Part shown: one piece after another, positions 57,341 to 64,000 of the stretch
Layout: each line of letters starts with the position of its first letter
How positions within the stretch are numbered: the stretch's first letter is position 1
Translations under genes and position numbers: made by a program
Assembly (NCBI GenBank): GCA_965208675.1
Contig: OZ242351.1
Coordinates: forward strand, 608,001-672,000
Direction of reading: 5' to 3'
Length of the DNA stretch: 64,000 bases
Origin: Candidatus Poribacteria bacterium
GTDB lineage: Bacteria > Poribacteria > WGA-4E > PCPOR2b
Notes under the pieces: model-generated
Databases searched by the model: none
Told to the model about the DNA's origin: nothing
The model's input: the letters and a program-made list of their open reading frames with translations, nothing else

Positions 57341-60300
57341 CTAGTAAGGCATTCTTTCATGGCGCAATTCTTCATCTTCATTTTGCTTGTTCAACCGGTC
57401 GATCAGTTCATCAATCCAGCGCTTTACGTTTTCGTTATCTTCGCCGTCTCTAATCCTACGTAGACTTTTTAGTTTCTCTTCATAGTACGAGTTCTCAGAC
57501 CCATACCAACCCTCTGTGCAATAAACGTAATTCGTGCACAGATTTCTGCAAACCTCCGCCCGTTCGCCGTAACGCACGAGGAACGCACGCGTTAGAGATG
57601 TCGGCCATTCTCCGGCAGAAAAGGTTTTGGGGATAAAGCTGCCAGCCAAAAACGCCGCACGGTCTTGTAGGTCTTCATCAACCCATTCCCAAATTTTTTT
57701 ACGTGGGAACTGTGCAAGTGCACCTTGACTGTCTTCTCCTGATAAAAATCTGCCCTCTCTAAGCCACTGTTCTAAAGGGCCTATTCTTGAATAATCCGTT
57801 CGGTCCTCTAAAATTTTACTGACCTGTTCCCAGACCTCCGAAGGATACTGCGAGGTAATTTTATCTAGCACTTTAAGTGCTTCTTCGTAGAGTCTTTCAA
57901 AAACGGTTCCCTGTTTGCCCAATTGACGCAGCATTGGTTCCAAAAGTTCCAAGCTCTTCTCGGAATTGAGGTGTAGAATCACCTTCCCAATTTCTGCCCA
58001 ATTATACTGCGACGTCGCATCAAACCCGTGTTTATCTGATTCTTCAAACAGGGGAGGATGGCAGAGCAATTGGAATGTCAAATCTAGCGGTAATGTAGAT
58101 TTTCGCTTGGGAAAGATGTAGTAGCGATAGTATAGCTGTAATGCAATTGACGTGGCGGCTTTATTGGAAACATTTAACAAATACTCAATCCATTTCCTGA
58201 AGATATCATCGGTGAGGTTGTTAATAACTGTCGCATGGGTGAAGGGTTTAAAGTCATTTATACCGATGACGTCACGCTGTGCGAGGTCAAGAAGATGCAG
58301 ACCCGCGTGATTCGTCATCCCGGAAAAACAAGTAAGCCGCGGGATTAGTGGACTTAGCGCAGCGTCATGACTAAGTATCTTAAGTTGCCTTTCCCACAAG
58401 TTAGAATCTGATTCAAAAATGGCGCGGAAATAGCCACCTAGAAAACCCACATCCGCACTCTCTTGGGTGTTTCGTTGGGCATCTAGTAACGTTGGAAGTA
58501 AACGAAAACCATCATCCATTTTGCCAAGTTCAAACCCATACCTGTAACCATTCTGCGCTTCCACGGTGACGAGCCAGTATAGTTCAGATTGCAAAAGTGA
58601 AGGCGAATCAACGGCGCGCTGGGCGAGTTCTGCAATGCGAGGTTGTGAATAATCCACGTAATTCTGATTTTCTTCGAGCTTAAGGTCTTCTAGCAGGTCC
58701 ATGCCAACATACCGACGCATCATAGAATGAAAATCTGGAGTAACCAACTCATCCATGAGTTGCTCCCAACGTCCTAGAGTTTCCGCAGGCAATCTTTCAC
58801 CGTGATTGTGCAAGATTGCGTTAACTGTCTTGATGACTTGTTTTTTATTCACGTCCGAGCGTTTTGCTATCAATGCAACCGTTTCCACGATCATCTCAGC
58901 GAGATTTGGAATCCGTGAGAGCCCCGGTGCATGACCGAGCAAGATGTCTACCCCATCTTTACGCTCATCTTCAGACAGATGTTCTAATTGATTAACTAGG
59001 AGTTTCCACACTCGCTTATAGGCGTCCCAAAATTCGCCTTCTGTCTTGGGTAGCCACAGCTTGGGTTTCTCGCTTAACCCCTGATACTCTGGACTTCCGG
59101 TTCTCGAAAAGAAAAAAAATACTAACGCTACATTACATGCCTTCATCGCAAGAGCGCGGTGTTCTTTTAATCCGGATTCAAACGCCTCTTTTAAGACAGG
59201 AAACCGCTCTTCTGGGGGCGCTGCCGTTGGGGCCACGGTACCTTGACCAAGCGAGAATAGATCGGCAAACTTGGTGTCGCCAAGCGTGAGGAGCAACCGC
59301 GCGGCATCCACGAACAGATGGCGCCACACTACAATTTTTTCGAGTGCGGACAGCACGTAAGTTCGTCCCACGAATTTCGAAAAGGCATCTCCACCCCAAG
59401 TCTTAACAGAATTCTGCAGGCATTCTAAGGCGGCGTCTGGATCCGCCTCCGTCAGTGCTAAAAAAAAGTCGCCATCATGATTTGTCTGCAAATCGCCACG
59501 CTTTTGGAAGGGACCGTTTGTACCAAGAAGGTCCTTGACGACTGTGGATGCCACCCCTGACGTGGCAGCATACCGAAACATCTCATAGAACCATTCAACT
59601 AGTTTTGGCGTCAAACCTTGTTTAAATTCCTCAAGGTCAAATCCCCTCCCATAAATGTCCCACCACTCTGTCCATAGTTTGATGTGCAGGGCTTTTGGCG
59701 TGATGGAGAGCGTGAACTTGCCTTGAAGAATTTTGCGTTTCTTAAGGTTATCAACGACTTCCTGAAATATCGTCCAAGTAATTTGCGGATCTGCCTCGTT
59801 AATTTTTCTGGCAACGACTTCAGCTTCTTCGCCAACGGGTGCCTCAAAACCGAATTGCTTAAATAATGCCATGAATCGAAGTACACGTCGGCGTTGTTCT
59901 GTTCTTTCCTGACTTGGATCGTCTACTGAGACGATATAACGTTCCCAGATGTTGATCGTGCTCAGTGGGTTCAAAACATCTTGGGGATAATTTGCCAAAT
60001 TCCATCCTACAACATGTGCAACTCGTGGAGAACCGCTGCATAGCTCAACCCAACGCATATCTGAGGTGTCCGAGGATTGGGTATAGTCGGCAATGATGCT
60101 GCAAATCTGTTCGTCGCTGAGTCGTGGGGGAACATAGGGTGAAATATCTCCGGCAATCTCTTCGTGGTTATTATAAATCACAATTAACTTAATCTTTGCA
60201 CCGCGGTACTTCAGTTTGTTTAAAATCTCGGATCGGCTATGGAGGTTACAATCATCAATCACGACAATCGCGGAAAAGTCGCTTTCGCTGTTGCATAGCT

Positions 60301-61138
60301 CGTCCATCAAAAACTTATCTTGAAGAAATTGGTCCGCCGGGGAGTAAATCACTAGCGGTGCTAAATCTTCAGTCCTTGTAGTTTCCAATACCAGCCTTGT
60401 CTTGCCAATGCCTGGGTGCCCGGACACTAACACAGGATTTGTGTAATCGTCGCGTCGCAAATCGCTCCGAAGATTTTCAATAAATTTATCCTGTGATTCT
60501 CCAAAAATAAAGGGACCTTGCATGTTCGCATCTCGCGACCAACTGTCATGTGTCTGAAATTTTGCGCTATCACGTCCATTTACCCACAACGAAAATGATG
60601 GGAAAGATTTGAGGAAACGGATAAGAATATTCTGAGACCATATGTCAACCTTCGCATTAGGATATCCACACGCTTTGAGGTAGTCCGAGATGAGTTTGAA
60701 GGCTTTTTTCCGATAGGGAGGGACAAGACGGTCGATTCCGGTGCAAACTAAAACGTAAGTACCGCATTCATCAAGGCAGTCCCTGATGCTCTCTCTTAAA
60801 TGTTCTTGCTTCGGGACTTTAGGGCTTCCCTGCTTGAGGAGTTCTTTCCGGATATCCCCGTCTCGCCATGGCTTAAATACTGTTCCTGATCGGATTTGGT
60901 AACCGTTTTTGCCTCGGGAAATTATATCGCTTTCTTGTGCACACGAACTAGCGTCAGCAGTGGCATCAATCCCACCATCAGGGATTTTGGTTTCACTCGG
61001 CACATTAATCTTGCAGGTTCCTGGTCCCAGCCTGCGTGCTTCCGCCCAAAGCAATCTCTTAAAAAATTCAACGGCCGTGTCCTCAGTTAGCAAGTCAAGA
61101 TGCTCTTTTTTTACAGTGAAAATATTCTCAAAGTCCAT
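57341..61138 (-). CDS. Large STAND-like NTPase with N-terminal PD-(D/E)xK-like domain and helical C-terminus (Avs-like candidate)
   Basis: PDGGID...YQIR; Walker A GHPGIGKT; Walker B VVIDD; GSPRVA (GxP); long helical tail. Confidence 0.75.
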   Translation of the reverse strand: MDFENIFTVKKEHLDLLTEDTAVEFFKRLLWAEARRLGPGTCKINVPSETKIPDGGIDATADASSCAQESDIISRGKNGYQIRSGTVFKPWRDGDIRKELLKQGSPKVPKQEHLRESIRDCLDECGTYVLVCTGIDRLVPPYRKKAFKLISDYLKACGYPNAKVDIWSQNILIRFLKSFPSFSLWVNGRDSAKFQTHDSWSRDANMQGPFIFGESQDKFIENLRSDLRRDDYTNPVLVSGHPGIGKTRLVLETTRTEDLAPLVIYSPADQFLQDKFLMDELCNSESDFSAIVVIDDCNLHSRSEILNKLKYRGAKIKLIVIYNNHEEIAGDISPYVPPRLSDEQICSIIADYTQSSDTSDMRWVELCSGSPRVAHVVGWNLANYPQDVLNPLSTINIWERYIVSVDDPSQERTEQRRRVLRFMALFKQFGFEAPVGEEAEVVARKINEADPQITWTIFQEVVDNLKKRKILQGKFTLSITPKALHIKLWTEWWDIYGRGFDLEEFKQGLTPKLVEWFYEMFRYAATSGVASTVVKDLLGTNGPFQKRGDLQTNHDGDFFLALTEADPDAALECLQNSVKTWGGDAFSKFVGRTYVLSALEKIVVWRHLFVDAARLLLTLGDTKFADLFSLGQGTVAPTAAPPEERFPVLKEAFESGLKEHRALAMKACNVALVFFFFSRTGSPEYQGLSEKPKLWLPKTEGEFWDAYKRVWKLLVNQLEHLSEDERKDGVDILLGHAPGLSRIPNLAEMIVETVALIAKRSDVNKKQVIKTVNAILHNHGERLPAETLGRWEQLMDELVTPDFHSMMRRYVGMDLLEDLKLEENQNYVDYSQPRIAELAQRAVDSPSLLQSELYWLVTVEAQNGYRYGFELGKMDDGFRLLPTLLDAQRNTQESADVGFLGGYFRAIFESDSNLWERQLKILSHDAALSPLIPRLTCFSGMTNHAGLHLLDLAQRDVIGINDFKPFTHATVINNLTDDIFRKWIEYLLNVSNKAATSIALQLYYRYYIFPKRKSTLPLDLTFQLLCHPPLFEESDKHGFDATSQYNWAEIGKVILHLNSEKSLELLEPMLRQLGKQGTVFERLYEEALKVLDKITSQYPSEVWEQVSKILEDRTDYSRIGPLEQWLREGRFLSGEDSQGALAQFPRKKIWEWVDEDLQDRAAFLAGSFIPKTFSAGEWPTSLTRAFLVRYGERAEVCRNLCTNYVYCTEGWYGSENSYYEEKLKSLRRIRDGEDNENVKRWIDELIDRLNKQNEDEELRHERMPY

Positions 61139-61236
61139 CGCTTCTCTCGCATTGATTAACGGTCATCACCTAATGTTCTGTCAATCCATTCTCTTTATAA
61201 TCAAAATTACACCGCACTCGCTTAGCCTCTGTTCAA

Positions 61237-61737
61237 TCACCCATCGTAAAACCGTTGAATGTCATCTTCACAAATAAACTCAACCGTAACCCCGTGACGA
61301 CTGAGCACGTCGCGGAAATCCCGCCAATGGCTATCGGTCGCTTGCAAAATCGGCGGCTTGTTTGGATGGGCGAGTGCAACTGCGACAAATTTCCGATCTT
61401 TTGAATGAAAACCATTCAGCGCTTTATCGAGCGGAAACTCTTCAAATTCATTTTCTAAACCGTTCACAGTCGTGATCGAAACTAAGTCGCATCGTTTATC
61501 CTTGTTCATCAAGACCCAGCGAAGAAACCTATCGCCTGTACCCGGCTTACCACTAGAGCGGAGATTATCCATATATTCGGCGAGAATTATCCATCTATCA
61601 TCAAGAACCAATGTCTCCTCGCCGCGCATAATTTTTTCAAGCTTACCGATACAGGTGTTGACGCAATTCGGAGTAGCTTGAGGTGACTCCTCTCGACCAT
61701 TGGCGACCTTCGCAACGTTTGTATCCACAACAACCAT
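61237..61737 (-). CDS. PIN-domain-like ribonuclease
   Basis: VVVDTNV...EY...DRKFVAVA...ATDS; TAATG-coupled to the upstream ATPase. Confidence 0.75.
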   Translation of the reverse strand: MVVVDTNVAKVANGREESPQATPNCVNTCIGKLEKIMRGEETLVLDDRWIILAEYMDNLRSSGKPGTGDRFLRWVLMNKDKRCDLVSITTVNGLENEFEEFPLDKALNGFHSKDRKFVAVALAHPNKPPILQATDSHWRDFRDVLSRHGVTVEFICEDDIQRFYDG

Positions 61738-63047
61738 TATTCCATCACTTTCCGCCGGTTCATTTCAGCTTTAGTCTTTTCCACTAGGTCGCCCATATCA
61801 TCGCCAAAGAAGTTTTGGGGCCAATTTCGGATGTTGCCGTATTCGTCCATATTGAGGCGTTCAATTTCGGATTTGCCATCGTTGTTTTGGCAGGAATAGA
61901 GTTCCGTGTCATTCGTCGAAAGCTGCTCCTCGGCGATGCGGCGCGTTAGGCGGTGCAGCAGATGCTCGCTGTGGCTTTCAAGGATTATCTGGACGTTTCG
62001 ATTCATCACGACATCAATCAAGACATCCGCGAGTTCTGATTGCGCTTTTGGATGTAGATGGGCTTCAGGTTGTTCAAGGATAAGTATTGAGCCTTCAGGA
62101 GCATAGTAGCATAGAACCAACACTGGCAGGACCTGGGAAACGCCAATACCGACATCTGAAAGTTTGACTTCGAGACTACCATTGTATTCTGTGACATGGA
62201 ATTCGTAGCTCTGTTCTCTTCCTGGAACCGGGTCAAGTCGATAGGAGTCAATCAATTCCAGTCGTTTTACCCATTTCTGTATCTGTTCGTCAACTGAGAG
62301 TCGCCTAACTCGCGCTGAAAGCAGTGCGGCAACCATCTTTTCCCCATGCTGACCAACGCCTTTTGGGTGGTCGCCTTCCCAGATGTAATGGTGGCGGGGC
62401 TGTTCGCGGAGCGGACCTAGGTAGTGGATTTTGGAGAATAGAGATTCGAAAGCCCTCTGTAGAAGCAAGAAACTGTTGAGCCCTGGTCCTGAATCATGTA
62501 CCCCATAGCACCGAAACGGATTTGCGTCTATCGACTCCTGTGAAAAGACCAGCAAACCGGTCTTAACCAGAAAATCTGGAAATCTGAATCGGTGCCCTTG
62601 TGCCTTCCTCTCTAAAACCCAATTCTGTGCGTTAGCGGTATAACAAAAGCCGTTCAAATCTGTGTGCTGATCGTCTTGCTCAACGGACGTTGAGAAGGTA
62701 AGCGAGTCGGTTGATATCTCTGCAGATACTACTCTAATATCCATAGCCCTAGGAAGGCTCCACGATACCAACATGTCTAGCTTTGAATCCTCGTTGTGCC
62801 CGTGGATAATGTCATCGAATTCGCCGAGATTAACCAGTGACTTCGTGTCGTTCCCATCACCAAAGTAAAGCGGTTCATTCCAATCGGGTGATGGATGCTC
62901 TACGGTTTGCTTGAGCATGAGCAGGACTTGCAAGATACTAGATTTGCCGGAGCTATTCGCGCCGAAGAATCCAGTCAAGGGTGCGAAACGCAGCAAACCC
63001 GTATCTTGCCATGACTTGAAGTTTTGGGCTTTGAGTTCGGTAATCAT
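61737..63047 (-). CDS. ABC-type (AAA_15/21) ATPase with DUF3696 C-terminus
   Basis: NFKS, GANSSGKSS, YLGPLR, VGIGVSQVLP, EQPEAHLHP, ESHSEH, WPQNFF. Confidence 0.9.
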   Translation of the reverse strand: MITELKAQNFKSWQDTGLLRFAPLTGFFGANSSGKSSILQVLLMLKQTVEHPSPDWNEPLYFGDGNDTKSLVNLGEFDDIIHGHNEDSKLDMLVSWSLPRAMDIRVVSAEISTDSLTFSTSVEQDDQHTDLNGFCYTANAQNWVLERKAQGHRFRFPDFLVKTGLLVFSQESIDANPFRCYGVHDSGPGLNSFLLLQRAFESLFSKIHYLGPLREQPRHHYIWEGDHPKGVGQHGEKMVAALLSARVRRLSVDEQIQKWVKRLELIDSYRLDPVPGREQSYEFHVTEYNGSLEVKLSDVGIGVSQVLPVLVLCYYAPEGSILILEQPEAHLHPKAQSELADVLIDVVMNRNVQIILESHSEHLLHRLTRRIAEEQLSTNDTELYSCQNNDGKSEIERLNMDEYGNIRNWPQNFFGDDMGDLVEKTKAEMNRRKVME

Positions 63048-63107
63048 AACTTTTCCGCTCTTTCACAAAGAGATTGAAACATAAAATTTAACATGCGCCG
63101 ATGATGA

Positions 63108-63244
63108 AGCGCTGGGGTTCGCATTCAACCTCCCCTAGCCCCTCCTTGGTAAGGAGGGGAATAAAACTGAAAAATTGATTGCCGGCAAGGCATCGGAGGC
63201 TATCGCGCTCTATAGTCGGTCATTAAACGGTCAACCCAACCTAC
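63108..63244. repeat. REP-like cluster
   Basis: caacctcccctagcccctccttggtaaggagggg nested between gctggggttcgc and acccaacctac. Confidence 0.75.
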
Positions 63245-63260
63245 GCGCTGCAATTGCTTG

Positions 63261-63662
63261 TTAGGTCAGCTTGAAGGCGCGCTCGAGTGCTAGCAAAGAA
63301 TCAACCCTGCTTAACGCCTCATTCATGGACTGTAGTTTCATGGTGGTCATCCCAGCGAAGGCAAGGAATGCACCGTATTTTACCGAGATGCCAACCTTGG
63401 TTGTCGATTCACCTGCTGATTCAAAATCGTAGATTATTGTCCAACCCTTGTGGCGAATACGCGTGACGGCTTCTACTGCAGGTTCTTGAATCACGACTCT
63501 GTGGTTTTCATTCTCCTCCAGAATTGCTCCAGAATATCCCCAGCCTGAATGAAGGTTGTTGTAGGCAGCTCGGAATTTGGGATTCGATATTGATTCTTTT
63601 ACGTAAGAATAGCAAACTTCAACCGGCACCTCAACATCAACCGAAACAAACGTCCTACCCAT
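63261..63662 (-). CDS. Hypothetical protein, SRPBCC/START-like fold
   Basis: GGAGG RBS; SVDVEVPVEVCYSYV N-terminal pattern, TTKV strand, C-terminal helix. Confidence 0.6.
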   Translation of the reverse strand: MGRTFVSVDVEVPVEVCYSYVKESISNPKFRAAYNNLHSGWGYSGAILEENENHRVVIQEPAVEAVTRIRHKGWTIIYDFESAGESTTKVGISVKYGAFLAFAGMTTMKLQSMNEALSRVDSLLALERAFKLT

Positions 63663-63766
63663 TTGAACCTCCATCACTTCAGAATTTAGGGTTATAATTT
63701 GATCGTTTGCGAGGAAAACCTTGGTTTTTCACCGCGCCGAGAATAGTATGCTGGTTTTCGATGCTA

Positions 63767-63968
63767 CAACCTCCCCTAGCCCCTCCTTGGTAAGGAGGGG
63801 GATAAAAACAAAAGAACTTCCCACAACGTACAACGTAGTCTGGAAGTCCAGAGGTTTGAAAAGCGTTGGGTTTCGCTTCACGCATACAAGTATTAGCTTG
63901 AATCGGCAGACTATAATCATGCTGCACAGTTTACATTTTGCATGAAACCCGCTCTACCCAACCTACAA
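63767..63968. repeat. REP-like cluster including a 119-bp copy of 52827-52945
   Basis: caacctcccctagcccctccttggtaaggagggg, then agaggtttgaaaagcgttgggtttcgcttcacgcat...gctctacccaacctacaa. Confidence 0.85.
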
Positions 63969-64000
63969 AATCACAAAAACTATCGCCTTCCCTAATCGGT

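Overview
Gene-dense bacterial chromosome segment from a diderm bacterium (it carries waaA). Gene style, a DUF4159 protein and GTAG-type REP elements suggest a Ca. Poribacteria-like lineage; that assignment is inference only. No rRNA, tRNA or CRISPR array was recognised. Housekeeping genes include comF, prs, trpF, waaA, trxA, lon with an hsp20, fumC, moeA and ubiE. Three regions stand out. (1) 7.3-16.4 kb: a FadR-regulated 8-gene cobalamin methyl-transfer operon. It encodes an unknown duplicated FxCxxxH protein, an MtaA/CmuA-type methyltransferase, a corrinoid protein, a RamA/RACE activator with an extra 4-Cys domain, an AcsE-type folate methyltransferase, a PF13769-like protein, an Ldh_2 dehydrogenase and a homocysteine methyltransferase. 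This is the best candidate for an undescribed pathway. (2) 16.7-19.2 kb: an 845-aa tandem-duplicated class V FBP aldolase/phosphatase whose two halves have lost complementary motifs. (3) 49-63 kb: a REP-bounded defence island with a split type I RM system, an inserted K+-channel-like plus GIY-YIG gene pair, a 1265-aa REase-STAND protein and a DUF3696-ATPase plus PIN pair. All family calls come from motifs read by eye; no database search was run.
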